A DNA stretch of 64,000 nt, taken from contig JAVKOQ020000033.1 in assembly GCA_031835245.2 (NCBI GenBank), positions 186,001-250,000 of the forward strand, in the 5' to 3' direction. This stretch comes from Balamuthia mandrillaris (Eukaryota). Below are positions 12,661-24,319 of the stretch, one piece after another. The position numbers were made by a program, and so were the translations under genes. How positions within the stretch are numbered: the first letter of the stretch is position 1; the number at the start of each line of letters is the position of its first letter. The notes under the pieces were generated by a model. It was not told the origin of the DNA, did not search any database, and saw only the letters and a program-made list of their open reading frames with translations.

Positions 12661-13664
12661 ATCTCAGTTTATTCTAAATGTTACTGTTTTGAAAACAGGA
12701 AATCGCTTTAGTGATATCCCTGCCGAAATATGTCAACTGAGCACGCTGCAACAACTGTTTCTGGGATGGAACGACCTCACACGAGTGGATCCATCTATTG
12801 GCAATCTGGCTCGTCTCACTTCCCTCCATCTCTCTGGCAACAGAATTCAAGAACTGCCGGAGGAAATTCGGACCATGAAAGCCCTGAAGGAGCTCTATTT
12901 GGCTGGCAACGAACTGAGCGCGCTGCCTGAGAGCATGTGCGAGCTGAGGGGTCTAGAAAAACTGGACCTGCGCTACAACAAGCTCGTCTACATTCCTGCC
13001 GGGCTGAGGGCTCTTAACTTCCTTGAAAGGCTCAACCTGCAGGACAATCCTCCTTTCTCCGTCCCCAAAGAACTCTATGATAAGAAGAACTTGCACGTGG
13101 AGGAAGGTGGAGGAGTACAGAGCTCTCGTTTCCAAGTGGTGCAGGCCGACATGCAGGGCAGGCGATGGAACATGGAGGACGCTGTCGTTTGCACGGTCAA
13201 CTACAGGAACATTGCAGAGAACGAGTACGTGGCGGTATTTGATGGACATGGCGGAGATAAGGCAGCGCTCCAAGCTGCAAAGAGGCATCCCGAAATTCTG
13301 GCTGAGGAGTTGAAAACCTTTTGTGGAGGTAATTTTTTTTGTTGTGTTCTTTATTTGTTTTATTATATATTTTTTTAACAATTTTTTAAACAACAAACAC
13401 TAGTTCCGGCCAAAGCAGGGATGGAAGATGAGGACGACGTGTTTGAGGCCCTTAAATCTTCCTTCATTAAATGCTCCAAAGAAATGACGCCCGAACTTAT
13501 CAAGAGAAGCGGCACCACCGCCATTGTCTCCGTTATACTCGGCAACAAAATGTACGTGGCCAACGTCGGAGACAGTCGTGCCGTCTCCTACAAAAACGGC
13601 AAAGTCATCCGTGTCAGTCTTGACCACAAACCCGATCTCCCCGAAGAGGAGGTATTTGCTTCCT

Positions 13665-13706
<42 letters not shown>

Positions 13707-14102
13707 CCTTCATCATACCTCTTTACTTTTCGTTATTTCTTACACCGACAAAAAAACTTTTAAACACCAAAGAAACGGATCAGGAATTTGGGTGGCTTTG
13801 TCAGCCCCAACGGCAGAGTGGTGGGCATGTTGGCGGTGAGCCGAGCCTTTGGAGACATCGACCTGCAGCCCTTCGTCTCGGCGGACCCCTTTGTCGACGT
13901 GTATGACATTAGCGACCCGCCCGACTTCTTGATCATGGCCTGCGATGGCGTGTGGGACGTCATCAGCGATGAGACGGCGTGCGAGATCGTGGCCTCGGAG
14001 CCTGATCTGGTTCGAGCGGCCATGAAGCTGCGGGACCTGGCCTACCTCTTTGGCAGTCAGGACAACATTAGCGTGGTGCTGTTGAGGTTCAAGGCGGAGT
14101 AA
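11106..14102 (+). CDS. LRR-containing PP2C protein phosphatase (PHLPP-like architecture), predicted N-myristoylated; spliced
   Basis: Starts MGNLTS; many LxxLxLxxNxLxxLP repeats; intact PP2C motifs GRRWNMED, VFDGHGG, SGTTA, ANVGDSR, DHKP, LAVSRAFGD, ACDGVWD and GSQDN. Confidence 0.92.
11649..11931 (+). repeat. Long degenerate (TTC)n intronic microsatellite
   Basis: About 280 bp of TTC/TTG repeats inside an intron of the LRR-PP2C gene. Confidence 0.95.
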
Positions 14103-14370
14103 CGTCGGCAAAGGAAGATCTGTTATTTTTTTTTTATACTTTAAAACAAAGATGTTCTTGTATTCACTTTAACGAGCCTATTTACTTTCTCCTTTTTATT
14201 TTGGAGGACCAAAATGAGAAATGCTAATTTTTTGTTTGGTCGACAAAAATGTAATGGTCAAATAAATCGGGGAAGAGAAAAAGGGGAAAACCAAGAGAGA
14301 GAGAGCAGACAGAGAGAGAAGAGTAACAAAGCAGACCATTTTTTTTTTTTTGTTGGTGTGGTTCTGATTT

Positions 14371-15145
14371 ATGACGGACACAACGGACTTGTCGGAGATA
14401 AGAGGGGAGGAGTCCTCTACTTTTGACGATGTGAGCGGAAGCTTCTTCCGGAGGTGCGTGGAAGACCTGCAAAGAATCAAAAAGGAGCAGCAACAGAATA
14501 AGGAGAATGGGACGACAACAGCAGAAGCAGCGGGATCAGAGAAAAAGGAACCAACAAAGAAGAAGACCACCCGAAAGAAGCGAACCTCCAAAGGACCCTC
14601 CGACGAGGAGAGGAAGAGAAAGGCACAGGAGGAGAAAGAAAGGAAAATGATGGAGGACGGCATGGCCAAGGAAATGTGGGACATTGACTTTGAGGACTTG
14701 GAGTTTGGGAAGATGATAGGGAGGGGCAACTTTGGGAAGGTCTACCAAGGGGAGTACGTCGGCACACCAGTGGCCATCAAAAAATTGGAAAATGACCAAC
14801 TGGACGAGAAGCTTACCCAGAAATACGCCGAACGAGAGCTCAACACCCTCAAGTAACGCTCTTTTTTTTTTCACTCTTTTTTTTTCCAAGTTTTTCTCAC
14901 CACTTTTTTTTGTGTGCCACGCTTTGAAGAAATCTGCACCACCCAAATGTTGTTCAGGTTAGTAGGTTTTTTAGTTTTGTTGTGTTGTTTAAGCTCTCTT
15001 TGTTTTTTTCTGACTTGCTTGGGTGGTTTGTTTGTTAGTTGATCGGACTCTGTAAAGACAAGTCAGACGTTTACATCATCACTGAATGGTACATTCAGCT
15101 TTACCAATTGTTCTGCTCTTTCTTTGTTCTGACTTCTCTCTCACC

Positions 15146-15189
<44 letters not shown>

Positions 15190-16204
15190 GCTATGCATAC
15201 TTGCTTATGGAACAAGGGTGAGTGGAGGAGACCTCAAATCGATCATAAAGAACCCAGCTCAGCAGTTGACATGGAGGAGAAAGCTGCAAATAGCAAAGGA
15301 CGTGGCCACGGCGATGGCCTTCCTCCACAAGAAGAAGTTGATCCACAGAGACCTGAAACCAGCCAACTTGTTGGCCACGGAGCACGGCACCATCAAAGTG
15401 TGCGATCTTGGCTTCTCTCGAACCTATGATGAGAAGCAAAAGTATATGACCATTGCTGGCTCAGTACGTCACCTCTTTGCGTCTTTCCTCTTCGTTCTTC
15501 CTTCATTCCTCATTCTTCTTCATTTCTTGTTCGTCTTCTACTATCTTCTTTCTCCCATTGCTGGAACCGGTGTTGACATTGATACTCTCATTAGGCTACT
15601 TGGATGGCACCAGAGGGTGATTCTTACATCTTCTTCCTTGTTATTTGCTTTCTATTCGCTAACTAGAGTGTTGTCTTCAGTGATAATGGGAGATCAGTAC
15701 GACTCCTCCGCTGACGTATACAGCTACGGTTGTATCCTCATCTCTCTCCTGTCTCGCCAAAAGATGCCCAAGCGCTCTCCCGCGTCTCGATTCGGCTTCA
15801 AGATGGAGCAGGTGCTGGGTATGATGCCACCTAGCTGTCCTCTTGCTCTCTCCGCATTGATGGCCAACTGTTTGAACGTGGAGCCTTCTCTTCGTCCCAC
15901 CTTTCGCGATGTGCTCGTTGAACTCAAGTCGTTACTGGAAGAACTGCCTGAAGAACTGTTGGACTCAGAACCTTCATCATCATCAACAGCAGTGCCAGCT
16001 ACGCAGAAGAATTCTTCTAGCGGTGGTCAGCAACAACCAACGGCAGCAGCAGGCAAGAAAAAGGACGAAGAAAAAGTGGCGGAAGAAAAAGGAAAGCAAA
16101 AGGGAGAGAAAGAGGAGGGAGTAACAGGAAGCGAGTTGAAGAAAAATAGAGGGCTTGCTACGCTGATGGCTTACCTTGAACGAGATACGGAGCAAGAAAA
16201 CTGA
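14371..16204 (+). CDS. Tyrosine kinase-like (TKL) protein kinase; spliced
   Basis: WDIDFEDLEFGKMIGRGNFG, VAIK, LHHPNVVQ (microexon), HRDLKPAN, CDLGFSR, ATWMAPE (22-nt microexon), DVYSYG and RPTF. Confidence 0.92.
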
Positions 16205-16302
16205 AAGGGTATCTTTTGTAATTGTTTCCTTCTTTCTTATGCAACACGTAACACGAGTTTGAAAGAGAAAACAAGCAGTAACAGAAGGAGGAGTACTTAT
16301 TA

Positions 16303-17377
16303 TTATTCGGACTTCCAAGCCGAGACTAACTCTTGAATAGAAGCTCCATCTGCCAGTTCTACAGGAGTGGCACCATCATTGCTTTGCACATCCACTTTTG
16401 CGCCACTTTCAAGCAAGAGTCTGACAATTGCTTCATTCTCTGATAAACAAGCATAGTGTAGTGGCGTCTTTGGTACACCCAAAAAAGGATGAGACTCAGA
16501 GAAGAAGAAGAAGAGCAGGAAAAGGTACCATTCCTTCGACATCCTGTACATTAACTACAGAGGCACCTCCTCGCTGTAACAACTTTTGAATCATTTCCGC
16601 GTTTCCTATTGTTCATTTACTTTCAGGTGAGCAGGGGATAGAGAAAGGGAGAGAGAGAAGAATCACCTCTATCAGCAGCCCAGTGAAGAACGGTTCGTCC
16701 TTCACTATCCTGATGACCGATGGTGTAGCGCTTCTCTTCTAGCAACTGCAACACATGCTGCCAATCTTGCTCGCCTGCATAGTAGCAAGTATCTTTCTCT
16801 TGTTCCTCATCATCACTGTCATAATCGCTGCACAGAGAGTTTGAGTGTTAAGCGGTTTTTGTTGTTTGTAAAAAATAGCGAGAATACCGAACCTGGAGTC
16901 GTCCTCATCGTCACTCATGGTGGGCCTGCTGAAGACCACCATCCCTTTCTTTTTGGGCGGTGCCGCTGGTGGCGGTGCCGTCTGTTCTTGTCCCTTTTCA
17001 TCTTTCTTCGCCTTCCAGCTTGGCACCAGCTGACCGACCAACTCGACGTAGTCTTGCATCGCTTTCTCTTTGCTCATGTCTCCCAACCTGTTCCAAGCGT
17101 TCCATTTTTCTTTGCCTTTGTTTGTTCCGTATTAAACCAAAACTGAAGAGACAAAAAAAAACTGAAAGTGGGGAGAGAGATTTAGAAAAAGTAATCGCTT
17201 GCCAACAAAGTCAAAGAAGCCAGGCTTCGGGGCGTTGCATCGGCCCAAGGAGGCTTGCTTGAAGAGGCCATAGAGAGACAACTGCTTGTCTGTGTCAAAC
17301 GCAAAGTTGTTCTTGTTCTCGTTGAGGAAGTTAACCGCTTCTTGAAACCGGCTTTGCGTGGCGCTGTCTACTTCCAT
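16303..17377 (-). CDS. ACBD6: Acyl-CoA-binding domain plus ankyrin-repeat protein (ACBD6-like); spliced
   Basis: ACB motifs LYGLFKQAS, KPGFFDFVGKEKWNAW and MSKEKAMQDYV; C-terminal ankyrin motifs TPLHYAC and GATPVELA. Confidence 0.85.
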
Positions 17378-17527
17378 CCCTCCTCTTTTTCTTCTTCGTT
17401 CACTGCAATTTCACGACGACGCGACTAACATCGGTCTCGGGTTCGACCTACCGCAGCGATATATTGTCATTCAAAGGGAAAAATTGAAACGACGCGAAAA
17501 AAAAGAGTAAAAAAAGAAAAGAAGGGA

Positions 17528-20150
17528 ATGTTGCGGTCGTCGGTCCCTCCTCGTTCGCAGGTCCCGCTTTTCGCTGGCAAAGGAACACAATATCTGTTCG
17601 CTCCTTCCTTTACCACCTCATACTCGCTACGCGGTTACTCTTCTTCCTCGTCCTCAGATGAGGTTCGCGCTGATCACTCCCGCTACTATCTTCTTCTTCT
17701 TCTTCTTCTTCTTCTTCTTCTTCTTCGTCTTCTGCTTATAAACTACTCACAGAACTCTTTTCGCTAAACAGACGCCCGCAGTGCTAAGGAGTACTTCATG
17801 GTTTGGCAAGAAAGACAGGGACGGCTTCCTCCACCGCAGCTGGATGCGGAACCAAGGCCTTCCGGACCACCTCTTTGATGGCCGCCCGGTCATCGGCATA
17901 TGCAACACATGGTCGGAGCTCACCCCTTGCAATGCCCATTTCAGAAAGCTGGCGGAGCACGTGAAGAGAGGGGTGTGGGAGATGGGCGCTCTTCCGTTGG
18001 AGTTTCCTGTAACGTCGCTGGGAGAAACGTTGATGAGACCCACTGCCATGCTCTTCAGGAACCTTGCTTCCATGTAAGCGACAATCCCATTAGTTGTTTG
18101 TTTGTTGGTCTTATTGATGAAATGCAGGGATGTGGAAGAAACTATTCGCTCCAACCCTTTGGATGGAGTGGTGTTGCTCACAGGTTGTGACAAGACTACG
18201 CCTTCGTTGGTAATGGGTGCGCTTAGTGTAGATCTTCCTACCATCGTTATACCTGGAGGACCCATGCTCAACGGTCGCTGGAGAAACCAACAGATTGGTG
18301 AGAACTTTGTTATTGCTAGTTCTGCCTGTTCTTACTGCTCTTGTTCTTGTTCTTCTTCATTATGTCATTCTTTCCTAGGGTCCGGTACACACGTTTGGAA
18401 GTTTGCAGAGATGATGAGGGCAAATGAGATGACACAAGAAGAGTTCAACGAGGCAGAGTGTTGCATGTCGCGGTCAGCAGGTCATTGCATGGTGATGGGA
18501 ACGGCTTCGACAATGGCGTGCATGGTTGAGTCTTTAGGTTTGACACTTCCTGGGGGAGCAGCCATACCTGCTGTAGATTCTAGAAGATATGCATTTGCAC
18601 ACATGACCGGTATGCACTTCATTTTTTCGTGTATTATTCTTGCAAGTTGCTTCTCTTAACGGTATTATTTTCACAGGAAGAAGAATAGTGGAAATGGTGA
18701 AAGAGGACTTGAAATTGTCGAAAGTATTGGATAGAAGGTCTTTTGAAAATGCAATCCGTGTAAACGGCGCCATCGGAGGTATGAACTGGTTAAACCTTCT
18801 CTCGCTACCTCTTATAGTTGTTACCATCTAATCTCTCTTTCTAAAATAATAACACGAAGGTTCAACGAACGCGGTGGTGCATTTGTTGGCAATAGCAGGC
18901 CGGTTGGACTGGAAGAATGTTCCCCATAAAGCAGGTCAGGAAGGCGTAACTCTGTTGGATTGGGATGAATTAGGCAAAGATGTCCCCTGTCTTCTGAACC
19001 TTCAACCTTCTGGTACTTGCTTTGTTCCTGTTCTTCGTTTCTTTTATTTTTCTTTCTCATTTCTTCAATGGAATAGGAGAATACTTGATGGAAGACTTTT
19101 ACTATGCCGGAGGCCTCCCGGCAGTGATGAAAGAACTTGCGAAAGGGAAATTACTGAGGGAGGATGCAATGACGGTCTCTGGAAAGACGATGGGGGAAAA
19201 CTTAGCGGAAGTAAAGAACTGGAATACTCAGGTGGTGACCACGTTGGAAGCTCCTTTCAAAAAGCATGGAGGGATAATTGTATTAAGAGGTTCTAATCTT
19301 TCTTTTTTTTTTTCTTATTGTGGCAACCAACTGATCTAGAGACAAAAATAGGCAACCTTGCCCCGGATGGTGTTGTGCTAAAGCCATCAGCAGCTTCGCC
19401 ACATCTTATGAACCACAAAGGACGAGCGGTGGTCTTTGAAAACATTGAAGACCTTCGAGCTCGCACTGACGATCCAGTCCTCGACATTGACGAGAACTGT
19501 GTGATGGTATTGAAGAATTGCGGACCGAAAGGTTATCCTGGTATGCTAGCTATCACATACCCAAAGAGTGAAGGGGCTCATTTGTTTGTTGTTGTTCTCA
19601 GGAATGGCGGAAGTGGGAAATATGCCACTGCCTAAGAAGTTGCTGGAAAAAGGTGTCAAAGACTTGGTTCGTATCTCGGATGCTAGAATGAGCGGTACAG
19701 CCTATGGAACGGTCTTGTTGCATACTTCACCTGAAGCTGCTATTGGTGGTCCGCTTGCTCTCGTTAAAGACGGAGGTATCTACCTTCTTACCTTTCTTCC
19801 TAATCTTTCTTGTCGTTTTTTGTCCTTCTTACTTTTCAGTCTCTTTGTGCTCTTCCATCGCTTCTTCTCCCTTCACATCTATTTTCTCATCTATGAACTA
19901 ACTAACAACTGTTGCAGACATCATCGAAATAGACAGCAATAATCGCCGCATTCACTTACACGTGGATGAGGCAGAGCTCCAAAGCAGAGCAAAGCAATGG
20001 CAGCCACCAGCCGCTCCTCCCACAGAGCAAGGAGGCCACCGAGGATACGTCGCTCTCTATCGCAAGCACGTGCAGCAGGCCCACCTCGGTGCGGATTTTG
20101 ACTTTTTGGTTGGCAGCAGCGGGCACTACATCCCCAGAGAGAACCATTGA
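17528..20150 (+). CDS. IlvD/Edd-family Fe-S dehydratase, L-arabinonate dehydratase-like, with mitochondrial-type presequence; spliced
   Basis: RSWMRNQG, GRPVIGICNTWSELTPCNAH, GCDKTTP, GHCMVMGTASTM, GGSTN, RISDARMSGT and a C-terminal GADFDFL..RENH. Confidence 0.93.
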
Positions 20151-20182
20151 GCTCAGGACATAAAAAAGAAGAACAAGGAGAG

Positions 20183-20258
20183 GAGGAGAAGGAGAAGGAG
20201 AAGGAGAAGGAGAAGGAGAAGGAGAAGGAGAAGGAGAAGGAGAAGGAGAAGGAGAAGA
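20183..20258 (+). repeat. (GGAGAA)n hexamer microsatellite just 3' of the dehydratase stop codon
   Basis: About 12 tandem GGAGAA units. Confidence 0.92.
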
Positions 20259-20480
20259 AAGGTGAAGAACAAGAAGAAGTGGTGTAATTTTAAAAAGCCA
20301 AAAAGCAAGAAAGCAAGAAAGGAACATGAAGGCAAGGACCACAAGGGAAGGGATCGGGCCTTTACAACGCAGCGATCAGTTGTAAAAGCGAGTTGTGCGG
20401 TAATGAGGGCAACATTAATAAAACAAAAAACGTGCTTTGCTAGTCACCCGCCTCCGGAGTAGTTGTTGCGTTGCCGGACT

Positions 20481-20646
20481 ATGGTGTTCTTACGAGGCTC
20501 AAAAGAGCCAAAAGACAAGAACGAAGGAACTAAGGTTACACAAGAAATGTGGCGCAAGTTGAACAAGAAAGAAGAAGCAAAGCTTCCACGGGGTTTGTTG
20601 TTGTCCTGTTGCCTGTTCTTCTGCTTTTTTGCTAGTAGTAGTTCTG

Positions 20647-20693
<47 letters not shown>

Positions 20694-23600
20694 TGTAAAA
20701 ACAAAAATGGAGAATAACGAAAACGATTCAAAAAAAAAGTTGCAGCGGAGGAGTTTCATTTGTCGGTGTTGGCCACTGGCAATACTCTTGCTCAGGTGCT
20801 GCCTGTGGATGCCCTCGGGGCGGCCTGCCCTCCCTCCCGAACGGAAGCGTGCATTGGTGGTATCGCCAGGTGCGTTTCTCTCCCTCTCTTCCTCTCACTC
20901 TCCGTTCTTTTCTGCGTTCTTTTCCTCTTCTCTGTTGCGACGTGTGACGGTGTGTTAGGAGAGCAACAGCAATCGAACAAGTGAGGGCAGAGGAGGAGCA
21001 CACCTTGCTCCTAGAGGCCGGAAGTCTTTTTCAAGGTTTGTAACACTCAAAACTTTGCGTAGTAGTAACTCTCCTTTTTTATTTTTTAAAAAAACAAACA
21101 TTTTTATGTGCAAAGGTTCTTTGTATTATTTCCTGTTTGAAGGCGAAGAGTTGGCCTTCTACTACCGACGTCTTGGTTTGTACCCCTCTTGTTGTGCTTT
21201 GTTTGTTTTTGTTTGTGCTGCCCTACTTCTCCCTGCTTTGTTTTGTTTATCATTCTTGCTTCGCTTCTTGCTCTATCCAACAGGCTATGATGCAATTTGT
21301 CTGTCGCTGAGAGAGTTTTTTTCTGGGATTGACATTGTACTTCTTCTTGTTCTTGTTCTTGTTCCTGTTCTTGTTCCTGTTCTTCTTCTTGTTCTTCTTC
21401 TTCTTGTTCTTCTTCTTCTTCTTCTTCTTCTTCTTCTTCTTGTTCTTGTTCTTCTTGTTCTTGTTCTTCTTCTTCTTCTTCTTCTTCTTCTTCTTCTTCT
21501 TGTTCTTCTTCTTCTTCTTCTTCTTCTTCTTCTTCTTCTTCTTCTTCTTCTTCTTCTTCTCTCTGTCTCTTTCGCTCGCTTCCACCCTCTCTGACGTGGA
21601 TCAAATTTTGTTTTATTTTGCCAACAAAGCTATCAAGGTTCATAGACGAGTCGGGGGTTGTGGTGGTCAGCGCCAATCTCGATGTCTCAGGCGAAGAGCG
21701 GTTGGTCGGCAAAGTGAAGCCGTACCACATCTTTCCTGTTGGCAACCACAGCGTTGGCTTCACTGGAGAAATTGATCCGTTGGTCACTCGAGGAGGTTTG
21801 TCTTGCTCTTTTACATGTGACGGAGATATGTTAAAACACAGTCTACACAATAGGAGTATCAGAGGCTGGAAACGTAACCACCATCTCTTCTGTTGAAGGC
21901 ATTCGTTTGGCTGTTGCTGCCATGTTGGATAAAGGAGGTACTTGTTTTATTGGTGTTTAACCACTTGTTCTTGTAAAATTGGCCTGTGGCACTGATTTTG
22001 TTTTGTTTAACGCAGTGGACAAAATAATAGTGGCGGTGACAACAAGAGACAAAACACTGGTCTCCACCATCCAAAACCAGATCTACGGCATCGACCTCAT
22101 CATTGCCTCCAATGTTGACGTGGTCGATGAGGAAGAGCTCATTCCTTCACGATCACGGACGCCTTGGAGATCTTCGATTGGTTTCATGGAGACAGGGACA
22201 TTTGGCCGAGCTTTGGCCAGAGTGGATCTGGACTTCAACAACAAAGGGCTCATCACTTCTCTTTCTGGAGGTCCCATTTTGTTGGACTCCTCCATCCTGG
22301 AGAACGCAACAATCCAGGTAAGATACACTTCATTTATTTTTTTATTTTTTTTAATGAATAACTGCCAATGGTAAAATGTGAATGACAGGCAGATGTGGAG
22401 GAACGATATGAGTTGATCGAAGAAGCGTTTGGAGTGACGATAGGGTTTGCCACAGCGGAGTTCCCATGGGTTCGTGATGACTACTGCTATTTTCAGGAGT
22501 GTGAGCTTGGAAACTTTGTGACGGATGCAATATTGGCTTACACCAAGACGGGAAGCTTTTCCATTCCAGCTCAGATTGCTGTGGACAATGCTGGTGCCGC
22601 TGGGTTTGTGCCCTTTTATTTCATTTCCCTTTGTTCTCTTATCATTTCTGCTGCTGAAAATTATTTTCTTCGGTACAGTGCGGCAATACCAGCAGGAAAC
22701 ATCACACTGGGAACCATTGTCTCTGCATTCCCTTTCCACGTTACGGATACCCTGTCTGTTGTTTCCCTTAGAGGAGCAACTTTATGGAAAGCCATGGAGA
22801 ACAGCGTGGCTGAGGTAAGTCCTCATTACAACCCAAGCGTTCTGATGTTGAAGCAACAAGTCCATCACAAAAGGCAACAAATAGGGAGGTGCCTTCTGGG
22901 CGGTTTCTTCAAGTGTCTGGGTTGCATGTGGCTTGGAATCCTGATCAACCTGTTGGTCAACGCATCATCCACTTAGAGCTTCAGGTCTGTTTGCTATTTC
23001 GTTTTGTGTAGTAATGATTGAGTGACGATATTGATGATTTCGTTTCGTGTTTCAGAGGGAAGATGGAACCAGGACTCCAATCCAGAACGAAGGGACTTAC
23101 ATCGTGGCCATGCAAAGTTACCTCAGAGAAGGAGGAGACAACTTCACCATGTTCCGCGAAGATGTTCTCTCAGCTGCTGACCAAGGCCCCACTCTAATTC
23201 TGGTTCGTTTGCTCTTCTCTGTATATTTCCTTTCTCTATTTGGGGCTTTGTATTATCTGTTGTTTGGGTGATGTAATCTTATCCATCTTCGTTTGCACTA
23301 CAGCCAATAACAGAAGCGTTAAAGGTGCAAAAAAGAATCACACCAAGCATCCAAGGACGCATTGTGACCACATCGGAGGTCAGAACAAACTCTGAGGACA
23401 AGTCGGATGAGGACCTCAGCGATGAGAACATTGCGCTCATCGCTGCACTTGTTCCAACTGCCTTCATTTGTTTGTTGTTGTTGGCCTTTGGGGTGATTGG
23501 TTTGTGGGTTCGCAATCGATACAACAGCAAACGGCATCGAATCCAGTTGAAGCAACCCAACTTCAAAGAAATCACTTTTGCTGATACTTCAGCGTACCTT

Positions 23601-24282
23601 ACCCACTGCCCTTCTCCCTCTCTTTCTCCCTCCCGTCCCTCCCTCCCTCACTCTCTTTCTGATACCTTTGCTTTCCTTTTTTTTTTTTTGACGTTTCATC
23701 GTTACACTTTTCCGTTCATCTCATATTCCTTTCTTGTTTTACCCTAGTATCGATAAAGTAAAGGCTCCAGGAATAGGTTCTCCAGCACGACTGGATGTCT
23801 TTGAAAAGGTTCTGCTCCGTTTTTTCTCGTTTTCAAGGGAAAACAATAATGCTGAAGTAAAATGATATCTCATGATAACAGGTGATAGTGGACCCTTGTC
23901 TCATACAAGCGCTGTATGAAAGTGCCCCGGACAGAGAGCATTGGCCAATGCTCTCCAATGCTTTGGTCTGCGTGCACGCCACTGCTGTTCACTCCCCTGC
24001 TCATTTCGTGCTTCAACTTCTCTTGTTGGACCTTGATGCATCCAGTAAGTTCCCCTTATTTTTTTTTTTGCCACATATTGAATCTGATATGCAATGCTTG
24101 CAAACGACAGCCAACCAAGAGACCCTGTTGAGAGAAGACACATTGGCAACATTTTGCTTTCAGAACTTTGCTCGCACCGTCAGCCTTCCCTTTTTGTGGT
24201 CCACCTTTGCTTTCACCTTTGCTGAGCTTTATCGCAATTCCATTGAAAGCACCAAGAGACGGTTCCTTTTTGCCCTCTCTCC

Positions 24283-24319
<37 letters not shown>

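Noticed and set aside
15390..15420. DLG instead of DFG suggesting a pseudokinase
   Set aside because: The Asp, VAIK and HRD are intact, and DLG occurs in active kinases.
17438..17455. GGTTCGAC B-box/T-loop-like motif (also at ~63263)
   Set aside because: No complete GGTTCGAnnCC, A-box or cloverleaf could be built; not called as tRNA or SINE.
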